This document shows, one piece after another, positions 1 to 9,576 of a stretch of DNA of 64,000 nt. Below the pieces are notes generated by a model. The model was not told the DNA's origin. It made no database searches and worked only from the letters and a program-made list of their open reading frames with translations. The DNA is taken from assembly GCA_963805625.1 (NCBI GenBank), contig CAWDVE010000019.1, positions 64,001 through 128,000 of the forward strand, read 5' to 3'. The number at the start of each line of letters is the position of its first letter. The first letter of the stretch is position 1. The position numbers were made by a program, and so were the translations under genes. This DNA is from an uncultured Candidatus Rokubacteria bacterium. Lineage in GTDB: Bacteria > Methylomirabilota > Methylomirabilia > Rokubacteriales > DASRDR01.

Positions 1-48
1 ACGCGCGCGCGGTCCCAGGCTGGGGCGGGCACGCGGTCCGTCCGCGAG

Positions 49-768
49 GTGCTCGCTCGGGTGCCGTATTTCCAATCCCTGCCCCCCGCGGAGGTCCGAG
101 CACTGGGGTGTCGTGGCGCCACGCGGACCGTGGCCCAGGGTGACCGTGTGTTCACCGAGGGCGAGCCCTGTCACGGGCTCTTCGTCATCATTGAGGGCAC
201 GGTCGACGTGCGGCAAACGTCGGAGGCGGGCCGCGAGCAGAGCCTCCACACCGAGGGGTCGGCCGCCACCTTGGGGGAAGTGCCGCTCTTCGATGGGGGT
301 GGCTATCTCGCCTCGGCGGTCGCGGCGGCGCCGACGCAGCTCCTCGTTCTCCCGCGCGCCGCCATCCTCGCGCTGTGTCAGCGGCGGCCGGCCGTGGCGC
401 TCGCATTCCTCAAAACGCTGGCCCAGCGGGTGCGGCGCGTCGCCACGCTCGCCGCGGATCTCGCGTTCCGGGAGGTCACGGAACGGGTTGCCCGCCACCT
501 GGAAGCCGCGGCCAAAGCCGCGGGCCGACCCCTGGCGGCGGGGACCACGTTCGAGCTCGCGCTCACGCAGGAGCAGCTCGCCACGCGACTTGGGACCGTC
601 CGAGAGCTCGTCGCCCGGACGCTCGCGCAACTCCGGCGGAGCGGCGTCATCGCGCAGCGTGGCCGCCGCGTCACGATCCTGGACCCGGCCCAGTTGGCCA
701 CCTGCGCCCGGGGTCGGCGCGATGGCGAAGGGCAGGCTGACCGCTCTCGCCCGGGCTGTGGACCGTAA
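49..768 (+). CDS. Crp/Fnr family transcriptional regulator
   Basis: cNMP-binding-like N-domain (VFTEGEPCHGLFVIIEG, LGEVPLFDG) and C-terminal HTH LTQEQLATRLGTVRELVARTL with the R-E-x3-R recognition helix. GTG start uncertain. Confidence 0.92.
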   Translation: MLARVPYFQSLPPAEVRALGCRGATRTVAQGDRVFTEGEPCHGLFVIIEGTVDVRQTSEAGREQSLHTEGSAATLGEVPLFDGGGYLASAVAAAPTQLLVLPRAAILALCQRRPAVALAFLKTLAQRVRRVATLAADLAFREVTERVARHLEAAAKAAGRPLAAGTTFELALTQEQLATRLGTVRELVARTLAQLRRSGVIAQRGRRVTILDPAQLATCARGRRDGEGQADRSRPGCGP

Positions 769-806
769 CCTGGGTCATAGCGCCACCCTCTCCGCGCCTC
801 CATACT
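764..806 (+). promoter_or_regulatory. Putative class II Crp-type promoter (Crp-like box 764-779, -10 CATACT 801-806)
   Basis: CGTAA-N6-TCATA matches TGTGA-N6-TCACA at 7/10 positions. Its centre lies at about -41.5 relative to a start site implied by the -10 hexamer. Confidence 0.5.
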
Positions 807-996
807 GGGGACAACATACCGATGCGAGAGGAGAAGCTATGAAGGGTGCCAACCCCCGAGCTGATGGCGATAGCGTCTCAATGGTTGTGGGGCGAGATCG
901 CGAACCGCTTCCCACCAGGAGGTCGGCATGCACTACTGTGGGCGGGACGTCTCGCGGAAGTCAACGCCCGTCTGCATCGAGTCATAGGAGACCGCG

Positions 997-1686
997 ATGA
1001 AGCGCCCGCGCGTGGTGCCGATGGGAGTGGTCGTCGTCCTGACCGGGGCCCTCGTGAGCGGCGGTGCCTTGGCGCAGTCCCCGACCCCGCCCGCTGGGAA
1101 CGCGCAGCAAGCCCCGGTGGGGCCGGGGATGATGCCTCATGGGGCGATGCCGCACGGCCAGATGCCCCATGGCCCGATCCACGGTCCCATGATGCCAGGC
1201 GGGGCACCGGCGGCCGCTGGTGTGCCGACCTTGCCGGGCCAGGACGCCTTCGGCGCCATCGCCGAGGTCGTGCAGCTCTTGGACGCGGACCCGCAGACCG
1301 ACTGGAGCCGGGTGGACCTCGAGCGGCTCCGCCAGCACCTGATCGACATGAACGAAGTTGTGCTCCGGGCCGAGGTGAAGACGAGTCCCATGCCGGGCGG
1401 CCTGGTGATGGATGTGACCGGCGTCGGCCGGACGGAGTCGGCGATCCGGGCCATGCTCATCCCGCATGCCACGGAGCTGGATCAGATGCCGGGGCTCGCC
1501 GCGAAGACCGAGGTCATCCCGGGCGGTGTGCGACTCACCGTGATGGCGCGGGACGCCGGAGACGCGAAGGCCGTCGCCCGCGTGCGTGGGCTGGGGTTCA
1601 TCGGCTTGCTGACGCTTGGCGCGCACCACCAGCCCCACCACCTCGCCATGGCCCGTGGCCAGGCGATGCCTGGGCACGGCCGCTAA
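997..1686 (+). CDS. Exported His/Met-rich conserved hypothetical protein (possible metal binding)
   Basis: RBS AGGAG, signal peptide (VVVVLTGALVSGGALAQ), MPHG x3 repeats, C-terminal HHQPHH. Confidence 0.8.
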   Translation: MKRPRVVPMGVVVVLTGALVSGGALAQSPTPPAGNAQQAPVGPGMMPHGAMPHGQMPHGPIHGPMMPGGAPAAAGVPTLPGQDAFGAIAEVVQLLDADPQTDWSRVDLERLRQHLIDMNEVVLRAEVKTSPMPGGLVMDVTGVGRTESAIRAMLIPHATELDQMPGLAAKTEVIPGGVRLTVMARDAGDAKAVARVRGLGFIGLLTLGAHHQPHHLAMARGQAMPGHGR

Positions 1687-1816
1687 ATGGCGCCCTGACG
1701 GCACCCACGTCGGTCTCGGTCACGGGGTAATCCCCGGGGGTCGGGTTTCCGGCGCGGCAACGCGCCCAGACACCGCTAGAGAAGAGGATGATCCCTCCTT
1801 CCGCCGACCCGGCATC

Positions 1817-2311
1817 CTATCGCGCGACCAGGGCGGGTGACAGCAGCGCGGCGATGACGCGACCCTTCTCGACGTCCTGGGGCGTGAACCAGTTGGCATC
1901 GTGCGAGACGTTCATCACCCCCACCCGTCGACCGGCAAAGGCGATCGGCACGTTCATGATCGAGCCGATGCCCAGGCTTTCGATCAGCTCATGGTCGGCG
2001 AAGGCCTGTCGGAGCTCCTCGGGCGTGCGCGCGACGAACACCCGGCCTTCCGTCAGCACCACCTGGCTCCAGGGGGTGTCCCGCTTCTGCTTGCGACCGC
2101 CGACCGGGTAGGCCTCGGTGTTGGTGCTGTAGAGGCGCTCGACCTCGCGGGCCGCCTCGTGCACGCGCATGACGGTGAACAGCTTGTGACCGATGGTTCG
2201 CTTGATGAGCGCGTCGGCCGCGGCGAACAGCGCGTACGGGTCCGCGACCTCCGCGGCGATCGCGGCGAGACGCGCTAGGTCATGGACGGTCAGCGGCTCC
2301 CGGGCGCTCAC
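1817..2311 (-). CDS. Stand-alone GAF domain protein
   Basis: GHKLFTV...RLYSTN...YPVGGRK...FADHELIESLGIGSIMNVPI pattern. Lies directly after the ABC permease. Confidence 0.82.
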   Translation of the reverse strand: MSAREPLTVHDLARLAAIAAEVADPYALFAAADALIKRTIGHKLFTVMRVHEAAREVERLYSTNTEAYPVGGRKQKRDTPWSQVVLTEGRVFVARTPEELRQAFADHELIESLGIGSIMNVPIAFAGRRVGVMNVSHDANWFTPQDVEKGRVIAALLSPALVAR

Positions 2312-2320
2312 GTGGGACGC

Positions 2321-3235
2321 TCAGATCTGCTGCCCGAGCCCGCGAAGCCGCGGATCGAGCACGTCCCGCAGGCGATCGCCCATCAGGTTGAATGCCAGCA
2401 CCAGCAGGGTGATGGCCACCCCCGGGATGGTGGGCATCCACCAGGCTCGCCACACCATGTCCTGGGAGTGGCCCAGCATCTGACCCAGGCTGGGAGTCGG
2501 CGGCTGGATCCCCAGGCCGAGAAAGCTCAGCGCGGCCTCCAGGACGATCACCACAGGCAGCTGGAGCGTCGCCAGCACGAGGACGGTGGGCATCACGTTG
2601 CGGAGGACGTGCCGGCCGAGGATCCGCGCGTCGGACGCACCCACCGCCCGGGCTGCCACCACGAAGTCGCGATCGCGCAGCGCCAGCACCTCGGCCCGCA
2701 TCACCCGGGCGTAGGTCGGCCAGCCCGCGATCACCAGCACCGTCACGATCTGCAGGAGGCCGGAGCCCAGCACGGCCACGACGGCGATCATGAGGAGCAG
2801 CGTGGGGATGGCGAGCTGGGCGTCGACCAGACGCATTAGCGCCAGGTCGAGCCAGCCGCCGCGGTACCCCGTGACCATCCCGGCGGCCAGGCCGAGCAGC
2901 AGGGAGACCGGAACGACCATCAGCGCGACTAGCAGGGAGATGCGAAGGCCAACCAGCAGTCGACTGAGGATGTCGCGCCCTAGCTGGTCGGTGCCTAGCA
3001 GGTGGACGTTGCCGCGGACGGCTGTCAGGGACGGGGGGCGGGCGGTGGCGCTCAGGTCCTGCAGCGACGTGTCGTAGGGCGCGACCCAGGACGCGCCGAA
3101 GGCGGCCGCGGTGACGACCGTCAGCAGGACGACGCCCAGCGCCCCCGATGGGCTTCGCAGGACCCGCCGGGCGCCGTGCGGCGACCCGCTACGCTCGGTG
3201 CGCGGCCGCGCGAAGACGAGGGTCGACCCAGCCAT
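2321..3235 (-). CDS. Peptide/nickel ABC transporter permease (DppC/OppC type)
   Basis: HLLGTDQLGRDILSRL, EAA loop (DFVVAARAVGAS), EAALSFLGLG. Confidence 0.95.
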   Translation of the reverse strand: MAGSTLVFARPRTERSGSPHGARRVLRSPSGALGVVLLTVVTAAAFGASWVAPYDTSLQDLSATARPPSLTAVRGNVHLLGTDQLGRDILSRLLVGLRISLLVALMVVPVSLLLGLAAGMVTGYRGGWLDLALMRLVDAQLAIPTLLLMIAVVAVLGSGLLQIVTVLVIAGWPTYARVMRAEVLALRDRDFVVAARAVGASDARILGRHVLRNVMPTVLVLATLQLPVVIVLEAALSFLGLGIQPPTPSLGQMLGHSQDMVWRAWWMPTIPGVAITLLVLAFNLMGDRLRDVLDPRLRGLGQQI

Positions 3236-4124
3236 AGAGGAGATCGATCATGAGGTTCACCGCCAGGAAGACGGCCGCGCCCATGATGGCCGCCCCCTGC
3301 ACCACCGGGAAGTCGCGACCCAGCACCGCCTGGACCGCGAGACGCCCCATGCCCGGCCACGCGAAGATGGTCTCCACCACGACCGCGCCCCCGAGCATCC
3401 GGCCGAAGTCCAGCCCGAGCACCGTCAGCACTGGCAGCGCCGAGTTCCGCAGCACGTGCTTCAGGAGCACCGCGCGACCCGACAGCCCCTTGGCCCGTGC
3501 CGTACGGACGAAGTCCTGGGCCAGCACCTCCAGGAGGCTGGTCCGGGTGAGGCGGCTGGTCTGGGCCGCGTAGAACCCGCCCAGGACGAAGGCCGGCATC
3601 ACGAGGTGCTGGAGAGTCCCGTACCCGGAGACCGGCAGCCAGCCCAGCTGGACCCCGAAGATGATGATGAGCAGCAGGCCGAGCCAGAAGCTTGGCACGC
3701 TGGTGCCCAGGAGGGCCGCCGTCATGGCGGCGGTGTCCACGGCGGATCCGTGCCGGGCGGCGGCGATCAGTCCCAGGGGCACCCCCAGCAGCACGGCCAC
3801 GGCGAGCCCGGCCAGCGCGAGCTCGAAGGTGGCCCGCAGGCGCTCGACGATCAGCTCCCCGACCGGCAGGCCCTGCCGGTAGGAATAGCCCAGATCGCCC
3901 CGGGCCACCCGCGCCACGAACCGCGCGTACTGGATGGAGAGGGGCTGGTCCAGCCCGTAGGCCTGGCGGATCCGGTCGATGTCCTGCTGCGTCGCGTCCT
4001 GAGACACCAGCAGCATCGCCGGGTCGCCGCTCACGTGCATCAGGACGAACACGATCGTGATCACGCCGAGCATGGCGACGCCCGACAGCGCCAGCCGGCG
4101 AATCACGTACTCGGTCACGGCCAT
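3189..4124 (-). CDS. Peptide/nickel ABC transporter permease (DppB/OppB type)
   Basis: GDPA...GLDQPL...GDLGYS, DFVRTARAKGL, VETIFAWPGMG, RDFPVVQG. Confidence 0.95.
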   Translation of the reverse strand: MAVTEYVIRRLALSGVAMLGVITIVFVLMHVSGDPAMLLVSQDATQQDIDRIRQAYGLDQPLSIQYARFVARVARGDLGYSYRQGLPVGELIVERLRATFELALAGLAVAVLLGVPLGLIAAARHGSAVDTAAMTAALLGTSVPSFWLGLLLIIIFGVQLGWLPVSGYGTLQHLVMPAFVLGGFYAAQTSRLTRTSLLEVLAQDFVRTARAKGLSGRAVLLKHVLRNSALPVLTVLGLDFGRMLGGAVVVETIFAWPGMGRLAVQAVLGRDFPVVQGAAIMGAAVFLAVNLMIDLLYGWVDPRLRAAAHRA

Positions 4125-4241
4125 CCCCCCTCGCGCGCGGCCCGCCGGGGGAGCCGAGGCTGCCCGTCATCGCGCCGTCGGCGCTCGGTGGGCCGGGCCG
4201 GCCGCCCGGGCGGGGGCCGGCCTACCCTGCGAGGCCTCGCG

Positions 4242-5780
4242 TCAGCGCCGGCGCCAGCCGGCATCGAACATGGGCAGGAGGAGGTCGGGCCGGGGCGTCC
4301 ACTCCAGGTCGGGATGCATCCCGTACACGTTGGGCGCCGTGAACAGGGAGATCGCCGGGGCCTCGTCCTTGTAGAGCGCCTGGATTCGCCGGGAGAGGTC
4401 GCGCATCTGGGTCTCGTCCCCGGCGACGTTCGCCGCCTCGATCAGCTGATCGAACTCGCGGTTGCCCGGCCGCCACAGCGACCACTCCCCCTTGGAGTAG
4501 AAGGCGCGGAACGGGATGATGGTGCTCAGGCCGAAGAAATCGGTGAAGCGCGTGAACCACCCGTCCTCAGCCAGCTGCCGGCTCTGCACCGCCTTGAGCT
4601 GCACGCCGTACTCGGTGACGTTCGCGCGGGCGCGCACCCCCACCCGGTTGAGCTGATCGGCCACGGCGAGGGCGATGTCGCGGTCACCGGGATAGGCCCC
4701 GCTGGTGGTCGTGATCGTGAACTCGAAGCCGTTGGGATAGCCGGCCTCGCGCAGCAGCGCGCGGGCACGCTCGGGATCGTAGGCGAACGGCGCGATGGAC
4801 GCGTCGCACCCGAGCATCACCTCGGTACAGACGGTCGCCACCGGCTGACCCACGCCGTGCATGATGCTGGCCAGGATGGCCTTGCGGTCGATCGCGTGGT
4901 TGAGCGCTTGCCGCACGCGGGGGTCTGCCAGCGGGCGGTCCTTCGCGATGTTGACCAGGTTGGCGATGACGAAGTACACGCTCAGGCTGCGGCCTTCCAC
5001 CAGCTTCGCCTGCGACGAGTCCTGGATCGGCTTGAACAGCTCGGGCGGCACCAGGTTGATCAGGTGGACGGAGCCGGCCAGCAGCTCGGCCAGCCGGGAC
5101 GACTCGGAGGGGATGGCACGGAAGATGACGCGGCTGATCCTGGGCTTGCCGCCCCAGTAGTCAGGGTTGGCCTCGAGCTCCACGCGGTCGTCCCTCACCC
5201 AGCGCACGAACCGGTAGGGCCCAGTTCCCACCGGGTGCCGGATGAGGGCCTCGTCGCCGCCCTGGGCCAGGAGACCCGGCGGGACGATCATCCCGTAGTA
5301 CCCCAGGAACCGCGGCAGCAGCGGCCAGGGCCGCTCGGTCGCGAACCGGACCGTCGCGTCGTCCACGACGGTCACCGACTTGATCAGCCTCAGCGCGCCG
5401 GCCCCGGGCCACTTCGTCTTGGGGTCCAGCATCCGCTCGAACGAGAACTTCACGGCCTGCGCGTTGAAGGGCTCGCCGTTGTGGAACTTCACGCCCTGGC
5501 GCAGCTTGAACTCCCAGGTCGTGGCGTCGACGGCACGCCAGGAAAGCGCCAGGCCGGGCTTCAGGGCCAGGCTGGCGTCCCGGCCGATGAGCGTGTCGTA
5601 CATGTTGGCCAGGACGTTGATCGCGTGGGTGTGGGTGGTCCGGTGCGGATCACCCGTCTGCATGTCCACGCCCTGCGCCACCACCAGAGCATCGGGTGCT
5701 TGCGCCTGCGCGACGGTGCCCGCGCCGGACGCGACGACGAGAAGCGCGGCGACGCCGAGTGCAGCCAAGGTACGCATCAT
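4242..5780 (-). CDS. ABC transporter substrate-binding protein, family 5 (DppA/OppA type)
   Basis: Start moved to ATG 5780 after GGAGGAGG. Signal peptide; PGLALSW, FKLRQGVKFHNGEPF, PVGTGPYRF. Confidence 0.93.
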   Translation of the reverse strand: MMRTLAALGVAALLVVASGAGTVAQAQAPDALVVAQGVDMQTGDPHRTTHTHAINVLANMYDTLIGRDASLALKPGLALSWRAVDATTWEFKLRQGVKFHNGEPFNAQAVKFSFERMLDPKTKWPGAGALRLIKSVTVVDDATVRFATERPWPLLPRFLGYYGMIVPPGLLAQGGDEALIRHPVGTGPYRFVRWVRDDRVELEANPDYWGGKPRISRVIFRAIPSESSRLAELLAGSVHLINLVPPELFKPIQDSSQAKLVEGRSLSVYFVIANLVNIAKDRPLADPRVRQALNHAIDRKAILASIMHGVGQPVATVCTEVMLGCDASIAPFAYDPERARALLREAGYPNGFEFTITTTSGAYPGDRDIALAVADQLNRVGVRARANVTEYGVQLKAVQSRQLAEDGWFTRFTDFFGLSTIIPFRAFYSKGEWSLWRPGNREFDQLIEAANVAGDETQMRDLSRRIQALYKDEAPAISLFTAPNVYGMHPDLEWTPRPDLLLPMFDAGWRRR

Positions 5781-6624
5781 CTCGGTCCTCCTCCGTGTCG
5801 CGGTCTGCGGAGTCGACGGGTGAGGGCGCGGAAGGGACGGCCTGTTCCTCGCCTCCCGGCCGTGCCGGCGTCGTCCAAGGCAGACGGCCCCCGCCCGCCA
5901 CGCCGGCCAACGCACCTCAGTGCGCCCGACAGGGGTAAGTTCCCTCATGGGCCCCTCGGTCCGAGGGAGCTGGCGACGAACCACCTCTGACCAGCTTCGT
6001 CCCGATGGTGCGCGGCTGGCGCGGGGCATGTCAAGGGCGCATCGACGGGATGATGGCGGGGCCGTGACGGAGGCGGGCCGCGGCCACGGCGTCGCGTGAG
6101 TGCGACGCGATGAGTCCCGTCCGGCCGATTCCTCCGATCTCGAAGTACTACCGTTCGGCGCTTCCTGCTCAACGGTGCGCTGCAGATCGCGAATCGAAAG
6201 TCGTGTCACTGAGGTTCGGGACCCACCCCAGGCGACATGACCTTGGGGTGCATGCGCTTACGACGGAGCGGGTGATGGCACGAACGCGAGGCGATGATTC
6301 GCACGGCATGACGGCCTCTCGATGGCGTGGAGCCCTCGCGCCAAGCTCTGGGGCATGCGAACGCACTAGGCGGCGCGTCTCCTGGGTCGCGCCCGCCGCC
6401 GAGTGGGCATCTGTCCGCACGATCAGCGAGGAGCCCCGCCGGCGGCGGGCGCGGGGCGCGCGCTGTGCCTCCTGTCAATAGGCCGATCGCATCAGCTCCC
6501 GCGAGCCGCCCGGCAGCGCTTGACTTGGGCATCGCGGTGACGCTTCATGGGCACCGGAGGCGTGGATGCTCGGCCGAGCGTCGGTCCAGCTGATCGAAGG
6601 GTGCCCATGCTCGAGGTCGTCCAG

Positions 6625-6929
6625 GCCGCCGGGCGGGGGAGCCGCGACCCCGCGGGCGTTCAGCTCGTGGCGATGCGCCGCGTGCCCGAGCCCTGCGCTG
6701 CGCGCTCGAAGATCTCGCGGATGACGGCGGCTTCCGCCTCGTTGATCCGCCGTTCCACATGGAGCGGCTTCGGTCGACCCGTGACAGGATCGGGAGGGCT
6801 CACCTCGATGTTGTCGTACCCGTAGACGGCACCGCCCGCGACATAGCCGGCGCGAGCCTTTCGCACCGGGGCGTCGTGGGTTCGCTGTCGAGCCTTCTCG
6901 CGCTCCATCTCGTCGGCAAAGGCGGTCAC
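6625..6929 (-). pseudogene. Large serine recombinase remnant (helix E + recombinase domain fragment)
   Basis: AFADEMEREKARQRT...GG.VYGY...INEAEAAVIREIFE...GTRRIA, then a frameshift to LNARGVAAP. Catalytic N-terminal domain absent. Confidence 0.85.
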
Positions 6930-7261
6930 GGAGAGAAGGAGCCAATGCGCACGGGATTTTCAGTTCTTCGACCGGGAGGGTCTACGTTCTGCGCCCACAC
7001 CCCAATGGATGAAGCCAGTAGCGCGAGCCCGCTGACCTCCTTCGAGTCGTACACCATCTCCCAGATCAAACGCGCCAGGGCCACCAGGGCCGCGGCCTGG
7101 ACGGTGGCGAAAAACACAAGAATGCTCGCACTGTGCCCATCGTCTGTGCCCACGGCGACTCACGAGCCCTCGCCAGCGCCTATCGTGGGCAAACGACGTG
7201 ATGGAAGGGGCTCCGGGCAATTGACGTGATCAGACGCGGGGTTGGCTCGACGGGCATGGAT

Positions 7262-7318
7262 GATTCAGGGTCTAGTGCCCGCAAGGGGGTGGGGGTTCGA
7301 GTCCCCCCTTCGGCACCA
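7262..7318 (+). pseudogene. 3' fragment of tRNA-Leu(CAG), probable att site
   Basis: GA-TTCAGGG-TCTAG anticodon arm, long variable arm GCCCGCAAGGG, T-arm GGGGGTTCGAGTCCCCC, end CTTCGGCACCA. No matching 5' acceptor strand (GCCGAAG) or D-arm upstream. Confidence 0.85.
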
Positions 7319-7419
7319 CCGAATTCTCGCACAGTCCTCCGCCCCCGGCCATGTCGCTCGCATCACCGGCGCCTGGCCGGGACCCTTCTGACCGAGACCC
7401 CACGCCCTGACAGGCTGGC

Positions 7420-9438
7420 ATGAGAGCCCTCGCGCCCTTTGAGGCGGTTGGGCGCGCGATGAACCGTGTCTGGCGCTCCCCGCACGCCTCCACTCGGCTC
7501 GGTATCGCGCTGATTGTCATCGCGATGGCGGCGGCCGGGATCGGCCGACCGGTGCTTTTCAACCTGGCCGCCGAGGATCCCAGCCGGTCGGTCCGCCGGT
7601 TTGTCACGGGCACGTCGGAGGTCGAGGTCACGTCCCAGATGCCCTGGTCCCGCGTGCCCGCCGTGCTGCCGGGGCCGGCCGACGCGTGGGCCGGTGGATC
7701 GGCCCACGCAATCGTCGTGCGCCTCTCGCTCCGAGCCCCTCGAGCGCTCCTCCTCTATGTCCGGACGAGTCGAGCGCGGCCGCACGAAATCCCGGCCGCC
7801 CCGGCACCAACCGGGGACTCGCTCGCCCATCTGCGGCTTCTGGTGAACGGGATGAGCGTCGCGACCTTCGAGGCGCCCGGCATGGGCAGCTCTCCCGCTG
7901 CCAAGGCGTCGCGGACGCCTCGCCGAATCACGCTAGCCATCCCGGCCACCGCGCTCGGCAGTCTCGCGCCAGCGAAGATCGCCCTGGTCAACGACGGCGG
8001 GCCCGGCGTGGCGCTCCAGCAAGCTCGTCTCGTCGAAGCGTCTCCCTCGTTCTCCTTGAGTCACGTCATGCGCCGCAGCCGGTTCCCGGCCGTGAGCGCC
8101 GCGCTCCTGGCCATGGGCCTCGGTCTCCTGCTTCGGGGGCGGCTCCAGGGCACGGACGACGGGCCCGGGAGGCATCGGTGGCGCCGGGCCCTCGGCCCCG
8201 GGCTCGGTGTCCTGCTCCTGGCTCTGGCCGTCGCCGCCTCCTCGGTCACGCGCAGCGTTCCCCGGGGGGCCTGGCTGCTTCTGATCCTGATCCTGCTGCC
8301 GATGGGCCGGCGACGCGCCCGGCCGGTCGCTGCCCGCCGCGCGCCGGCCACCGGGCTGGCCCGGGTGGTCGGCAACGCCCTGCTCGTGATCTCCGCGCTC
8401 GCCGTCTCCCTCGTCGCGGGGGAGTTCGCGTTGCGGGTGGCGTTCGGCGACGAGTCCTGGGCGCAGCGCGTGCTGCAATTCTCGCCCCCGAACCCCCCGA
8501 AGCGTAGTCATTTCAATTCACTTGGCTTCGACGAGCGGGAGTTCCCGCTCGAGAAGTCACCCGGGGTCTACCGGATCGCGATCCTGGGCGACTCCCTGTC
8601 GGTGAGCGCTCCACGAGCCCAGCGCTTCGGGAGCGTGATCGCTGAGCGCCTGAACGCGCGCGCCCCGCGGCCTGTCGCCTACGAGGTCCTGAGTTTCGGC
8701 AAGGGTGGCGCGGACACGAACGAAGAGACCGAGATCCTTCAGCGCGCGGTCTGGCGCACCCAACCGGACTTCGTGCTCCTCGAATGGTACGTGAACGACC
8801 TCGAGAACGGGAACCACACCGAGCGCCCGCCGATCTACTTCTTGCTGTCCGGCGAGACGGCGGCCACGCGGTGGCTCCGGCGCGTCACCGACCGGACGCT
8901 GCTCCACTCGATGCTCCAGCAGCAATTCGAGGTCGCGCAGGAGCGTCTCGGGTTCGTCGAGACCTACCCCGCGTACATGCATCGACTGTTCGGCGATCCC
9001 GCGAGTCCGCACTGGGAGGAGGCCGCCTTCGAGCTCCGGAACTTCATCCGCGAGTGCCGGGCGCATCAGACCCCGGTCGCCATCGCTCTGTTCCCGCACT
9101 TGAGCGCCGGCTTGCCGGCCGGCACGTACGAGTTCACCGAGCTCCACGACCAGGTCCTGGAGCTCTGCCGCATGGAGTCGGTCCCGTGCGTGGACCTGCG
9201 GTCGACGTTTGCGGCGTACCCCGACTACACGAGCCTATGGGTCCACCGGTTCGATCCCCATCCAAACGCGCGGGCGCACCGGCTCGCGGCGGAGCGGCTC
9301 ATGGAGGTCTTTGGACCGCTTTGGCTCGACGCGGGGCGCGCCCACGCCGGCGGCCCGCCCGATGAGGACGCCGCTCGTCCGCGCGTCAGCCGAGGCGCCG
9401 CACGGGATTCCGCAGCGTCCCGATCCCGTCGATCGTGA
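7420..9438 (+). CDS. Membrane-anchored SGNH/GDSL hydrolase family protein
   Basis: Several TM segments, then RIAILGDS (block I), YVNDL (block III), DPHPN (block V). Start uncertain. Confidence 0.82.
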   Translation: MRALAPFEAVGRAMNRVWRSPHASTRLGIALIVIAMAAAGIGRPVLFNLAAEDPSRSVRRFVTGTSEVEVTSQMPWSRVPAVLPGPADAWAGGSAHAIVVRLSLRAPRALLLYVRTSRARPHEIPAAPAPTGDSLAHLRLLVNGMSVATFEAPGMGSSPAAKASRTPRRITLAIPATALGSLAPAKIALVNDGGPGVALQQARLVEASPSFSLSHVMRRSRFPAVSAALLAMGLGLLLRGRLQGTDDGPGRHRWRRALGPGLGVLLLALAVAASSVTRSVPRGAWLLLILILLPMGRRRARPVAARRAPATGLARVVGNALLVISALAVSLVAGEFALRVAFGDESWAQRVLQFSPPNPPKRSHFNSLGFDEREFPLEKSPGVYRIAILGDSLSVSAPRAQRFGSVIAERLNARAPRPVAYEVLSFGKGGADTNEETEILQRAVWRTQPDFVLLEWYVNDLENGNHTERPPIYFLLSGETAATRWLRRVTDRTLLHSMLQQQFEVAQERLGFVETYPAYMHRLFGDPASPHWEEAAFELRNFIRECRAHQTPVAIALFPHLSAGLPAGTYEFTELHDQVLELCRMESVPCVDLRSTFAAYPDYTSLWVHRFDPHPNARAHRLAAERLMEVFGPLWLDAGRAHAGGPPDEDAARPRVSRGAARDSAASRSRRS

Positions 9439-9576
9439 TGCTCACGACGTACCCCGGCGCCACTGCGCTGGCATAGGGCATGAGCTGGAAGTCCTTGGCA
9501 GCCGCGGCACGACAACCATGACTTCGCTCAGCCCTTGTCGTACTCGTAGCACCAGCCCGTAAAACCCAGATCGTTC

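Noticed and set aside
3111-5990. 959-aa plus-strand ORF (and similar long ORFs at 16220-19240, 14749-16341, 32929-34524, 54297-55778, 41453-42895)
   Set aside because: Antisense or alternative-frame shadows of well-supported genes, expected in high-GC DNA; no motifs.
5781-6209. Long N-terminal extension of the SBP given in the ORF track
   Set aside because: A strong RBS and signal peptide place the start at 5780.
7233-7318. Intact tRNA-Leu gene
   Set aside because: No 5' acceptor strand complementary to CTTCGGC and no D-arm; kept only as a 3' fragment.
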